Positions 9,732 to 19,189 of a stretch of 64,000 nucleotides of DNA are shown here, piece by piece. The DNA comes from a virus (Duplodnaviria > Caudoviricetes), in the IMG/VR virus record IMGVR_UViG_3300031801_001562; one strand, written 5' to 3'. The notes below the pieces were generated by a model. The model searched no databases, was not told the origin of the DNA, and saw only the letters and a program-made list of their open reading frames with translations. Both the position numbers and the translations under genes were made by a program. Positions within the stretch are counted from its first letter, which is position 1; each line of letters begins with the position of its first letter.

Positions 9732-10471
9732 TTCATTCCTTTTACAAATAAAGGTTCATAAAGATATTTTTGTTCTTTACCTTCTGTTAAATATTGTTTC
9801 GGTTCAAGTTCATATATGATACTGGGCGTTTCATTTCCAACTAACCATTTATGTTTTAAAGGTGACCAACCTTGTCGAAGATGTCTACAAAAGGCATCTC
9901 GATGTGTCCATATTTTATATTTCCCATCTCTTTGAATTCTATAAGAAATGTGATGATCTGAAGCATTTGTATTACTATACGTTTGTAAAGGATACTCTAA
10001 TAAAATATTTCTCTTAAAACTACTTATACAAAAACATACAATGCTTACTTCAAAATTATTTGATGTACTTAATACTTCATCTATTGTAAGATATTTGGGA
10101 AAATCTTCTCTCTCAGGCCATCGCGTTTGATCGATGATCGGTAATCTACTTGTAGCCACATTAGAGATTGTACTCATCTCCTCACCATTCATATGCATAT
10201 TCACCCATGCGGTAAAAATATCACACTTAGGGGCATTTTGTAATACCGTATCAACAGCTCTTTTATAAAGAATAGCGTCGTCTGAATTTACCAAATAATG
10301 TGAATAATTTGTTTCTCTTACAAACTTATTCATTTGTTCACATACCTGTGGTTCTGTAAACGCCCTGAACCACACTTTCGGGATACTTATATTGGCACGA
10401 TTAGTTTCTATTGGAATAGCCAATTCTCTTGGCTGCATTTGCATTAAAACAGGATTAAACGTCATACCCAA
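9728..10471 (-). CDS. possible GT-A fold glycosyltransferase
   Basis: YLVNSDD (DxD-like), context between GT and acyltransferase. Confidence 0.4.
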   Translation of the reverse strand: MGMTFNPVLMQMQPRELAIPIETNRANISIPKVWFRAFTEPQVCEQMNKFVRETNYSHYLVNSDDAILYKRAVDTVLQNAPKCDIFTAWVNMHMNGEEMSTISNVATSRLPIIDQTRWPEREDFPKYLTIDEVLSTSNNFEVSIVCFCISSFKRNILLEYPLQTYSNTNASDHHISYRIQRDGKYKIWTHRDAFCRHLRQGWSPLKHKWLVGNETPSIIYELEPKQYLTEGKEQKYLYEPLFVKGMK

Positions 10472-11181
10472 TTTTTTAATAATTCTATATTAAAACTTTT
10501 ATTATGAAGTTGATGTGTTTTAGGTATACCATGAAAATATACGATACTTGTAGTTTTCAAAAGTATTGGGTCTTTCATTATATGCATTTTATAACTATGA
10601 ATTCTATCAGGATATCCGATATCTATTCTAGGGACTTTTCCGTCAGCATTAAATAATCTTCTCATCATTGCTAATTCTGATGGTGTATTCCATGGAGGCA
10701 AAGTACATTCTTTTATAACCCATTCTTTTTGGTTTGTCCAAATATTCCATATATAAGCTGCATTTTTATCACTAACAATACTAATAGCATTACACACTTC
10801 ATCTTTCTTTATTATTCCTTCTCCAGACATTGGATCAGATACAAGTCCAATATTTAAAGGAAAAGAAAGAATATCATCTATATTAGAACAAATAATCGTA
10901 TCTAGACCAATAGTCATTCTACGATTTGTTGTAATATCTGGTCTATATAATTCTGCTAGGAGAGACCAACCTGGAACAGTTGGATCTAGGAAAGGAATTG
11001 GTTTTACTGGTTCTTTAAAATTATAATCTTCGTCAACTAAACAAAACAATTCCCAATCAATTGTGATATTCCTTTTTAACCCCCGATATAATTTATCTAC
11101 CCACTCTGGAGAATAAATGTCTACCGAATGAGGTAAACCCCTTCCGGTTCCTTTAAAGAGCCCACATATAATTGAAATCAC
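10462..11181 (-). CDS. glycosyltransferase (GT8-like)
   Basis: IGLDTII..NIDD and C-terminal IVYFHGIPK. Confidence 0.7.
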   Translation of the reverse strand: MISIICGLFKGTGRGLPHSVDIYSPEWVDKLYRGLKRNITIDWELFCLVDEDYNFKEPVKPIPFLDPTVPGWSLLAELYRPDITTNRRMTIGLDTIICSNIDDILSFPLNIGLVSDPMSGEGIIKKDEVCNAISIVSDKNAAYIWNIWTNQKEWVIKECTLPPWNTPSELAMMRRLFNADGKVPRIDIGYPDRIHSYKMHIMKDPILLKTTSIVYFHGIPKTHQLHNKSFNIELLKNWV

Positions 11182-11420
11182 GTTCCGTTAAAATGTTCTA
11201 CCAGATCATTATAATCACCGACAAATTCTCCATTTAAAATTATCTGGGGAACTTTTTTACTATGAGTGACTTGCATTAAATTCCAAAAAAACTTTTTATC
11301 ACTATCTATAATTGTATATTTAATACCTTTTTGATCTAATAAGTCTTTTGATTTATCACACCAATCACATTCGGGAACTGATTGATGTCTCACTAGAACA
11401 TTATTTAATTCAATATTCAT
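11178..11420 (-). CDS. glutaredoxin
   Basis: CDWC active site, KVPQIILNGEFVG. Confidence 0.9.
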   Translation of the reverse strand: MNIELNNVLVRHQSVPECDWCDKSKDLLDQKGIKYTIIDSDKKFFWNLMQVTHSKKVPQIILNGEFVGDYNDLVEHFNGT

Positions 11421-11434
11421 TGTTTAATTCTATT

Positions 11435-11644
11435 TCAATATTTACCATCTTGTTTTATACGAGTATGATAACCCTGTTCTTGTAAACTAGTACAGAAATT
11501 TTGGGCTTCTTTATGTGTATTAAAAAATCTTCTTTGAATTTTATCTACAGCAAAATCCGTACAGACTAAACCTTCTTCAAGATTTCTTCGTCTGTCTTTC
11601 ACTTGAACATTATCATATCTAAAATATTCTACCCAAATATTCAT
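11435..11644 (-). CDS. hypothetical protein
   Basis: short ORF in run. Confidence 0.55.
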   Translation of the reverse strand: MNIWVEYFRYDNVQVKDRRRNLEEGLVCTDFAVDKIQRRFFNTHKEAQNFCTSLQEQGYHTRIKQDGKY

Positions 11645-11659
11645 ATCAAATAATATTAA

Positions 11660-12391
11660 TTAGTTCGCAATCCCACCAAGTTTTCCGGAACTCAATCCAT
11701 CTGAACCTAAACCAACTCCTACGCCTTCGTCTTTTGAAGGAGAAAACTCAGTACCTGCACCGAATTTTTTGATGTCTCTTTTTCTCCTGTTCTCACCACT
11801 GTGCATATCCTGCCCTACTGATTTTTCCCCTCTGCTCTTCTCACCTGCCGCACTCTTTAGTCTTTTGGTTTGTCTGCGTTGAGCGGCAGAGTCTGGGTCA
11901 CCTTGCGGCTGATAATATGAAGCAGACTTTTTCGCTGCACGATCAAGGAGCTCTGCAGAAAGTTCATCAATAGGTTTTGCGTCCTCACCTACAACTTTCT
12001 TTGCGACGTTCTTTATACCCGTTCCAATTTTTGACAATAGGCCGGGTTCTTTCTTCGGCTTTTCACTTTCCTTCTTTTTGTTTGCATGCCAGGCAGCTTT
12101 ACGAGCGGCAAATTCTCTAGATACAGCTTTTTTCCCTCTCTCACTTGCCTCATCGTCGTATCTTTTTTCTGCTGCAGCATAATCAATTTCTTCAACTGGA
12201 ACCTTCAGTTGGTTGAACATGATTCCACTTTTGCGTTTGTTATCATCATCATCGTCATCCGATGTATCAAGCTGAAAACCTTTTCCCTGCTTGTCTTTTG
12301 GTATTCCTTTCTTCTTTCGTTCTTGTTCGCTTTTGGACAGACGAGGAAGCGTAGGAGTGAAGAATTCTGTAAACTCTTTATAAGTTTTCAT
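11660..12391 (-). CDS. charged T4-like late protein (putative internal head protein)
   Basis: MKTYKEF start; DELSAELLDRAA module. Confidence 0.55.
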   Translation of the reverse strand: MKTYKEFTEFFTPTLPRLSKSEQERKKKGIPKDKQGKGFQLDTSDDDDDDNKRKSGIMFNQLKVPVEEIDYAAAEKRYDDEASERGKKAVSREFAARKAAWHANKKKESEKPKKEPGLLSKIGTGIKNVAKKVVGEDAKPIDELSAELLDRAAKKSASYYQPQGDPDSAAQRRQTKRLKSAAGEKSRGEKSVGQDMHSGENRRKRDIKKFGAGTEFSPSKDEGVGVGLGSDGLSSGKLGGIAN

Positions 12392-13401
12392 CTTCGTTTT
12401 CCTGCTAAATTGTCTGCCACCTGTTGTACAAAAGAATCTTTAGGAAGTTCTACATTTGCACTTGCTTCACCTGGATCGAAAGATTGTTCAGGATCAAAAT
12501 GGTCAGCGTATCCCCCGCTAAGGCTCCCCCCTGGGGCTTTTCCGTAGCGGTGATCACCTGGCCTACTCATTTTCTCTGGCCCGTATGGGTTTCCTGTGGC
12601 TCTCTCCGGGCGTTTTTTAAGCCCTAACTTTTCCGCTCCTTTTGTTGCTGCCTTCTTCACTTTGTCTCCAACAGAAAGTTTCCGGACTCCGTGAGTGGTT
12701 CTATCTGAAACCGATATCGGTTTACCGTCAGCGGTTCTATCTTGTTGTTGTGCTCTTTTGAATTTGGCTCCCTGTTCTGCTGCCTTTTTGGATCCAGCAA
12801 GCGCCATTTCACCCGCTTTGTTTTGTGCATCTCTATAAGTTTTGTTTGAAAGTTCATCAACAGGTTCTACTTCTTCTTTTTTATCTTTGTCTTTTTCAGG
12901 AGGAATACCCTGTCGAACTTGGCCATACTTCTTTGCCATAGCGCGGTTATGAGCTATCGCTTTTTCATTCGCTTCTGGGTCACCGGTGATCCCTTCTTCA
13001 GTTTTTTTTGCAAATTGAGGTGGGACTTTTCCTTTTTTGGGTTTGTCATCATCATCGTCATCATCATCGTCATCTGAATCATCTGAATCCGAATCATCAT
13101 CATCCGAATCATCATCGTCATCGTCATCTGAATCGTCGTCATCATCTTTATCTTTTCCTTTTAGAAACTGAGGTGGGATTTTTCCTTCATCGGCTTCTTC
13201 CTCATCTTCAGCAAATAATGTTTGAGAAATTTTATGTTTTTCTTCTTCAATAGATTCGACTACTTTATCTTCAATAATCGAATTAAACTTCTGATTAGCC
13301 GCGTGTAACTCTCCGGTAAGGATCAACTCTACCAATTCTTCCGCGGGAGCTACCACTGTATTTTCATCATTTAATTCTTCTGTTCCTTCTACTTCCGACA
13401 T
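12388..13401 (-). CDS. gp67-like prohead core protein with poly-Asp tract and long C-terminal extension
   Basis: LILTGELHAANQKF..EEEKHKISQTLFAEDEE followed by acidic tract, resembling the T4 gp67 layout; TATAAATA upstream. Confidence 0.6.
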   Translation of the reverse strand: MSEVEGTEELNDENTVVAPAEELVELILTGELHAANQKFNSIIEDKVVESIEEEKHKISQTLFAEDEEEADEGKIPPQFLKGKDKDDDDDSDDDDDDDSDDDDSDSDDSDDDDDDDDDDKPKKGKVPPQFAKKTEEGITGDPEANEKAIAHNRAMAKKYGQVRQGIPPEKDKDKKEEVEPVDELSNKTYRDAQNKAGEMALAGSKKAAEQGAKFKRAQQQDRTADGKPISVSDRTTHGVRKLSVGDKVKKAATKGAEKLGLKKRPERATGNPYGPEKMSRPGDHRYGKAPGGSLSGGYADHFDPEQSFDPGEASANVELPKDSFVQQVADNLAGKRR

Positions 13402-13452
13402 TGTTACACTCCGTTAAATATTTGTCAGTTATAATCTGGTTGTTTATAGGTA

Positions 13453-13460
13453 TATTTATA
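13453..13460 (-). promoter_or_regulatory. T4-type late promoter
   Basis: TATAAATA 52 nt upstream of the gp67-like gene; motif is frequent by chance in AT-rich DNA. Confidence 0.5.
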
Positions 13461-13479
13461 CATTTAGTAATCTACAATT

Positions 13480-13833
13480 TTACCTTGTTCCTCCGCTGGG
13501 AAACCAATCTTCTGAATTATAAGATTTATCACAAATATACATATCAAACCACGGTTTACCACCTACAATAAGTGAATGAAACTTGGCGCCCCATTCCTGT
13601 AATTGTTTTTCTGTATCATTATACCAATATTGTGGATCATCTTTAAATGACTCTCCACCTCTACCTGTCCAATATATAATCTCATGTCCTTGATCATAGA
13701 GATCGTTTACTATTTGAATTCGTTCCGAATATGGTTCCATATCTAGATATGTTAAAGTATCATCTTTTTTTTCTTTTCTAACTTCTTCACGATTAGTACA
13801 AATGGTACCATCTATATCAAAAGCATATCTCAT
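13480..13833 (-). CDS. small HAD-superfamily phosphatase
   Basis: FDIDGT, WTGRG, GGKP..DMYICDK. Confidence 0.8.
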   Translation of the reverse strand: MRYAFDIDGTICTNREEVRKEKKDDTLTYLDMEPYSERIQIVNDLYDQGHEIIYWTGRGGESFKDDPQYWYNDTEKQLQEWGAKFHSLIVGGKPWFDMYICDKSYNSEDWFPSGGTR

Positions 13834-14237
13834 ATATTATCTTCTTTATAATTTCCTTTACATGGAATCACATGCCTGACACCGCCTCTTGGATTTGGTG
13901 TATCACCTTTTCTTCTGGGAATCATATGTACGTGGGGCCACATTACTGATTGTCCTGCTTCTACTCCATTGTTGATACCTATGTTAAATGCTGTCCATTT
14001 GTAATCCATTATACCTTCTATACCCCATTTGTATGCATATTCAAAACAAATTGTAATATCTTCTCTTCGTAGTTTTTTCTTTGGAACAAACAATAAGTGT
14101 CCTTCAGTTACAGGATATCCGTCTTTAAATACTATTACGTTTTCATCTTCATGTACCATGTTTTTATGGGGCCATGGCCCATCTTGGTAGGAATCCAAAT
14201 ATGGATCATCCTCTAACATCTTTGTGGAATCTTTCAT
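13830..14237 (-). CDS. HIT family nucleotide hydrolase
   Basis: PVTEGHLL, AGQSVMWPHVHMIPR. Confidence 0.9.
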   Translation of the reverse strand: MKDSTKMLEDDPYLDSYQDGPWPHKNMVHEDENVIVFKDGYPVTEGHLLFVPKKKLRREDITICFEYAYKWGIEGIMDYKWTAFNIGINNGVEAGQSVMWPHVHMIPRRKGDTPNPRGGVRHVIPCKGNYKEDNI

Positions 14238-14248
14238 AATAAATGTTT

Positions 14249-14830
14249 CTAATATGTTCCTTTTATTTCATCACACAATCCTAGTTTTTTTGCTTCCCTT
14301 GCGGAAAGCCATACATCGGATGCCGGAAGAAGATATTCCCGAATTTCCTTTTCCGATAATCCGGTACATTTTTTATAGTGAGCAATCATTCTTTCTGTGG
14401 TTAGGTCGTATTCTTTTATCTGGGCAAATAATTCGTGCTCTTTTCCAAAACTACCCCAAGAATATTGATGAGAAAGTATAGACGTATTTGGTGTAAGGAT
14501 TCGTCTTCCTTTAGTTCCTGAAATAAACATCACCAATCCGCAAGAAGCAATCATTCCCATACCGATAGTACGAATAGGGATTTTAGAACCTTTCATTACA
14601 TCTACTAAAGCAAAACATGCATTTAAATCTCCGCCGGGAGAACATATCCCCAACGTTAACTCCTTGTGCTTTTTCTCCTTAGTAAAATTCGCGGAAACTA
14701 TCCAATTAATTATTGGACTCATTGTTTCCATAGTCACTTCGCCCATGAATACATGAACCCCTCTCTGGAATAAATCCGCAGCGGGGTCTGTTGTACTCTG
14801 TGGTTTTTCACCTTTTTCTTCGTCTGTCAT
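14249..14830 (-). CDS. clpP: ClpP-family protease subunit
   Basis: CSPGG, GMIASCG (catalytic Ser), ILSHQ (His), WLSAREAKKLGLCD. Confidence 0.85.
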   Translation of the reverse strand: MTDEEKGEKPQSTTDPAADLFQRGVHVFMGEVTMETMSPIINWIVSANFTKEKKHKELTLGICSPGGDLNACFALVDVMKGSKIPIRTIGMGMIASCGLVMFISGTKGRRILTPNTSILSHQYSWGSFGKEHELFAQIKEYDLTTERMIAHYKKCTGLSEKEIREYLLPASDVWLSAREAKKLGLCDEIKGTY

Positions 14831-15011
14831 TTTCTTTTCCTAACTCGTGTAAAAGTTGTCGTCCATCCTCCCTTTTCTCTTTTCTTTTGATTGGGATCGT
14901 GTAGACTAGTCACTTGTCCATGTTCATCATATCTAATTGTTAAAAAAGTTTTAAATTCATAATCTCTATATAATAGCTGGGGTATAATTTTTTTTTCTTT
15001 AATTGATTACC

Positions 15012-15170
15012 TTAAAATTGTCGATCATCCGGATACAATGGTTCATTTTCACTATCGTGTTCTGCTACTGTGGAATATTCAGTGCATCCACACTGAACGG
15101 TTGGCGAACATTCACATGGGTCGCAGCTACAATTATCTTGTGAATCGCAATATTCGTTTGTACATGCCAT
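15012..15170 (-). CDS. 52-aa Cys-rich metallothionein-like peptide
   Basis: hand translation MACTNEYCDSQDNCSCDPCECSPTVQCGCTEYSTVAEHDSENEPLYPDDRQF; AGGAG RBS; below ORF-track cutoff. Confidence 0.65.
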   Translation of the reverse strand: MACTNEYCDSQDNCSCDPCECSPTVQCGCTEYSTVAEHDSENEPLYPDDRQF

Positions 15171-15366
15171 AATTTTCTCCTATGTTAATCCCACAAATCT
15201 TTATCCCATTCTTTATTAAAGTGTTCGCGGGTAATATGTTTCTTATTTTTCTTTGTTTTTTTCCCGGCTTCATCCCGTGCTTTCATTCGCATAGCGCTAG
15301 CGCCACGTTCAAGAAAACTGGGGCCGTTCCATATGTTGCTAAAACTCATTTTCTCTCTCACATAGA

Positions 15367-15374
15367 TATTTATA
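15367..15374 (-). promoter_or_regulatory. possible T4-type late promoter
   Basis: TATAAATA upstream of small ORFs and clpP; could be chance. Confidence 0.35.
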
Positions 15375-15603
15375 AATCATAACTTCCTTGTCTATGTAAT
15401 TTCCGTTGGTGAGAACACTTAAAACAAAGTTGACCTGCTCCTTCAATATAACCAGATCTAAAAATTACATTATCTGTTTTTTTATATCGAGTAGCCGTTC
15501 CACAACGAACACAATATTCAGTTTCATCATTTTCTTCAACTAATTTAAACGGTGCCGACATAGGCATTCTAGTTGCGGTTATTTTTTCTTTTTTAATACC
15601 CAT
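15370..15603 (-). CDS. small Zn-finger-like protein
   Basis: CVRC...CFKC. Confidence 0.5.
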   Translation of the reverse strand: MGIKKEKITATRMPMSAPFKLVEENDETEYCVRCGTATRYKKTDNVIFRSGYIEGAGQLCFKCSHQRKLHRQGSYDL

Positions 15604-15806
15604 TTCGTTGTACTCCCGTGCTGAATATAATCACATTTTTCGTTTAACTGTTTCATGGCTAAACCAAACGGACAAGGTATTTCTGTATGGTAAGCACAAG
15701 ATGTAATTAACAAAAAAATCACTGCGCTTAAAACCCGTGAGGTTGTCCCCAATGTTGTATGATAGCATTGACCCATAGAATATATATTAAATTTTTCCAT
15801 AACCAA
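15579..15806 (-). CDS. possible small lipoprotein
   Basis: hydrophobic AVIFLLITSC; true start uncertain. Confidence 0.35.
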   Translation of the reverse strand: MVMEKFNIYSMGQCYHTTLGTTSRVLSAVIFLLITSCAYHTEIPCPFGLAMKQLNEKCDYIQHGSTTKWVLKKKK

Positions 15807-15813
15807 TATTCTA

Positions 15814-16044
15814 TCATTTTAATTGGACTTTCTTTTTTACCAAGCTCTCAAATACATTAAATAATTTCTTGCATCTAATATCGTGTAATTCACTTAAACC
15901 GATCAGAACATTCGCAATATCATCTTCTGTCATTGGGTCTGGATCATCCATCATACGGCTAGTTATCGCATTTAGATCGTCTTTCGTATTCCAAACGCTC
16001 ATGATTTCTGCTTCTAAATTAAATCTATCATATTCTTGTACCAT
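15814..16044 (-). CDS. hypothetical phage protein
   Basis: ORF with RBS in run. Confidence 0.6.
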   Translation of the reverse strand: MVQEYDRFNLEAEIMSVWNTKDDLNAITSRMMDDPDPMTEDDIANVLIGLSELHDIRCKKLFNVFESLVKKKVQLK

Positions 16045-16050
16045 ATGCTC

Positions 16051-16266
16051 TTACCACTTTCTAAAAGATTTTAATATTTTCATTCGTTTTTCTTTATATT
16101 CATCAAAGGTAGAAAAATTAAAAATACGAACTCCAAGATAAATTAATACAATCCCCAACAATGATGTATGCATATGAGGCCAAATAAAATATGCACCAAT
16201 AAGTATTGTAGTCAGAGAGAGTAACCACCCTCCAAGTTTCATCCATTCCATTTTCATTAATCCCAA
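16051..16266 (-). CDS. small two-TM membrane protein
   Basis: two hydrophobic segments, basic C-terminus. Confidence 0.55.
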   Translation of the reverse strand: MGLMKMEWMKLGGWLLSLTTILIGAYFIWPHMHTSLLGIVLIYLGVRIFNFSTFDEYKEKRMKILKSFRKW

Positions 16267-16772
16267 AGCCCATTATAATATTTTCCGAACAACTTAAATC
16301 CTTTAGTTATCCGATCTTGATATTTTTCTCTGCCTTCTACATCATATTCACGAGTATGGTTTGGACCATATTCCCATGTGAACAATGGTTCACCTTCTTC
16401 ATCTTTCTTATTAGGGATTTCAACAAATGATACATCATTTTCTCCTGACGCAAATTCATCTTCCCAATCTTCCAATTTAGATTGAAACGCAAAAATCATC
16501 TGATCCATTACATAATCCCAACGAGTAAAATAATGTTTATCAGACTCTCCGCCATCCCAGTGTTCTTTTAGTTCTTCTTCTGTTGCCTGAAGAAACTTTG
16601 GTACATCTTCATTATCTACAAAAGGTGCTCCTTGCTTAACTTCTTTGAGCCTCTTTAGTAGTGGTACAATAATATGTGCGAGTGTTATGTCAACATTCCA
16701 AGTATCGTAATCATGAATTTTAATTGTTTCTGCCCTATTTTTTCTGGCAGGGCTTCCAAGTTTTACATACAT
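16257..16772 (-). CDS. hypothetical phage protein
   Basis: 171-aa ORF. Confidence 0.65.
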   Translation of the reverse strand: MYVKLGSPARKNRAETIKIHDYDTWNVDITLAHIIVPLLKRLKEVKQGAPFVDNEDVPKFLQATEEELKEHWDGGESDKHYFTRWDYVMDQMIFAFQSKLEDWEDEFASGENDVSFVEIPNKKDEEGEPLFTWEYGPNHTREYDVEGREKYQDRITKGFKLFGKYYNGLWD

Positions 16773-16778
16773 ATAATT

Positions 16779-17009
16779 TTATTGGGGAAATTGTAATCCA
16801 TTTTCTTCCATCATCTCATGCAATTGATTTCGAAGAAATTCTAATTCTTCTTTTGCACTAGACGTTTCAAGTTTTTCAGATTGATATTTGAGTCTGTTTC
16901 GGATATACTGCTCTATGTCCCATGCCAAGATAGACCAATCCATTGCTTTCGATGCAACTTCAAACTCCTCCTTATCTTCTGGTAAATCAAATTCTAGTAT
17001 TGCTTTCAT
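16779..17009 (-). CDS. hypothetical phage protein
   Basis: MKAILEFDLPED start typical of small phage proteins. Confidence 0.6.
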   Translation of the reverse strand: MKAILEFDLPEDKEEFEVASKAMDWSILAWDIEQYIRNRLKYQSEKLETSSAKEELEFLRNQLHEMMEENGLQFPQ

Positions 17010-17011
17010 AA

Positions 17012-17356
17012 TTAGTTTTCAGTTAATTCGAACTCCCATCTTTCAACACGTTCTTTGGAAGTTTCTATATTGTTTCCTAAAAGATCCGTTGGATATCCTA
17101 TGGCTCTTTTCATTTCTAATTCTTCTGTCTGATCCAAAAATTCATCCCGCACTGATTTATATTGCCAATCAAAATCTTTATCGTTTTGATTATAGATCCA
17201 GCGCCAACCTTGGTTCCAATGTTCCACACAAAACTTTCCTGATTGAATATATTTAACTTTAACTATATTCCCAAGTTGATTTAAAGCAGCGCCTCCTAGT
17301 CTTGTCTTTGGTGTTAATACTAAAACGTCTCCGTTTTTCATTCTGCTCCCTCCCAT
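17012..17356 (-). CDS. hypothetical protein
   Basis: ORF in run. Confidence 0.55.
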   Translation of the reverse strand: MGGSRMKNGDVLVLTPKTRLGGAALNQLGNIVKVKYIQSGKFCVEHWNQGWRWIYNQNDKDFDWQYKSVRDEFLDQTEELEMKRAIGYPTDLLGNNIETSKERVERWEFELTEN

Positions 17357-17513
17357 TCTCTTACTGCTTTACCGGCTTCTACAATAGTGTAAAAAAATTC
17401 ACCACTCATTTCGAGCCCATCTTCAAATCTTCGTACCATGTATTCACCTCTGGTAGGGGAACCTAAAACTAATTCACCTTTTTCTAAAATTTCAACTGTT
17501 GCTGTTTTCTTTT

Positions 17514-17930
17514 TCATAATCCCTCATATCTACTTTTTAAATCACATGTTAACCAGACTGATCCTTCTCCGTCTTTACCTCTATATGTTCTTATAGGATA
17601 TTCTAAGTAATCTGGACCAAAATGGAAATCTTTAGTTGGTGGGTTGTCTTGATGATCTAAGTGTTGTGAACCGAATCTACTTTCTCCTGTACCACCTTCA
17701 TAGAAATTCCAACACTCTACTTCACTAGTAAATTCTTTATCTATTACTCTAACAACAGGATTCCAAGTCAAGACTACTGCGACCCATGTTGTATCATCAC
17801 TAGCATTTGCTGTTTTATTTTGTTGTTCTTCAGCGGGTGTGGTTGCTGTTGAGTCTTCGGCTTCTGCAGTATCTGCACATCCGTTAAGACTTAGTGCTGC
17901 CACCAATATGACTATAATATTCTTTAACAT
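17514..17930 (-). CDS. putative lipoprotein
   Basis: MLKNIIVILVAALSLNGC lipobox-like signal. Confidence 0.6.
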   Translation of the reverse strand: MLKNIIVILVAALSLNGCADTAEAEDSTATTPAEEQQNKTANASDDTTWVAVVLTWNPVVRVIDKEFTSEVECWNFYEGGTGESRFGSQHLDHQDNPPTKDFHFGPDYLEYPIRTYRGKDGEGSVWLTCDLKSRYEGL

Positions 17931-18147
17931 GTTCCGATGCTTCTTCTGAGGTATCATATAAAGATACTCTTTTTGTTTTCTTTCTCTCAGAATATTCTTT
18001 AAGAGAAATTAGTGAGCTAGCAACTTCTTTCATACCAATACATTCTTCATCAAATTCTGTTACTACATATTTATGTTTACCAAATTTATTTTTACCACTA
18101 CCTTTTAAAATTTGAATAGTTACTGTTTTCAAATGAGGCCCCACCAA
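17884..18147 (-). CDS. hypothetical protein
   Basis: ORF in run. Confidence 0.45.
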   Translation of the reverse strand: MVGPHLKTVTIQILKGSGKNKFGKHKYVVTEFDEECIGMKEVASSLISLKEYSERKKTKRVSLYDTSEEASEHVKEYYSHIGGSTKS

Positions 18148-18421
18148 TTATTATAATGCCCCGAAAAAAATATATTTGTCCATCATCGCCCAGGCTGTAT
18201 CTGGCAACTCTATCCATCTACAAAAATCTATAAAGTTACTATTAACAAAATAATACCACTCTGCGCTAACAAAACTGAATGCGTAACCTAATATAAATCC
18301 TAAAAAGATATATTTAAACATAAGCTATTTTAAAACTATCCAAGTCCAGGCTAGTATCATAAAGATAAATCCCAAGTAAGCAGCAACACCTCCTAAAAAA
18401 TATAATATATCATAAACCATA

Positions 18422-18634
18422 TTACCTCAATCCTGACCAATTCATAACTGGATCATTATACATTTCTTCCTGTTCACGGCAGTAATGATAAAATCTCATA
18501 TCCTGTGCATCCAGGTCTGCTTGAAACTCTTCTTCAGAATCCGGCATAAACATGTCCTCCATAGATTCTTCTGCAACCTTTCTTGCTATATTATCTACCA
18601 TTCCATCACTCCAAAGATAGGTTAAATTACTCAT
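18422..18634 (-). CDS. hypothetical acidic protein
   Basis: ORF in run. Confidence 0.5.
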   Translation of the reverse strand: MSNLTYLWSDGMVDNIARKVAEESMEDMFMPDSEEEFQADLDAQDMRFYHYCREQEEMYNDPVMNWSGLR

Positions 18635-18805
18635 ATTATTTTTGTATTTTTAATTGTTGTTTGAGCTCTTTCTATTTTTTTCTTTAATAGTTTTTTCTCA
18701 TTATCATCTTTACAAGATTTTAGCTTCTCTTCGTATACAAGAATAGATGCTTCTGTTCGTTTGATTGCGCCTTCTTGGCGAGCTTGTTTTCCGTGTTGTT
18801 TCATT

Positions 18806-19183
18806 TTACCAACCTCTTAAATAAATATAACATCCTTGTTCATTACGCGTCGCCCATGCATTTACTCCCGTCATGGCACATTTTTCGAATTTTATTAAAG
18901 ACGCCGTAGAAGCATTTGGAAATCTTATGTGTACATTCTCAGCTGTCTCTTCTTTAAGTGTATGTATAACTTCATAGACACCTACAAATTTCTTTGGTTC
19001 TTCTTCATGTGTATGTGTAACTTCTCGTCTTTCCATTACACAATCTGGACATTCGCCAGTTTTCGTATCCACCCAACACCCAGATATTGCGGGACAAACC
19101 TCTTCTGTCACATACTCATCTCCTGTTAGTGCTGTTGAACCCAAAAATATAATAAACCATAATGTAATAACTAAATGTTTCAT
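18806..19183 (-). CDS. putative exported Cys-containing protein
   Basis: N-terminal signal-like segment, CPAISGC..CPDC. Confidence 0.55.
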   Translation of the reverse strand: MKHLVITLWFIIFLGSTALTGDEYVTEEVCPAISGCWVDTKTGECPDCVMERREVTHTHEEEPKKFVGVYEVIHTLKEETAENVHIRFPNASTASLIKFEKCAMTGVNAWATRNEQGCYIYLRGW

Positions 19184-19189
19184 AGTATA

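Noticed and set aside
13040-13150. TCA/TCG trinucleotide-like repeat as a non-coding microsatellite
   Set aside because: It is the coding poly-Asp/Ser tract of the gp67-like protein.
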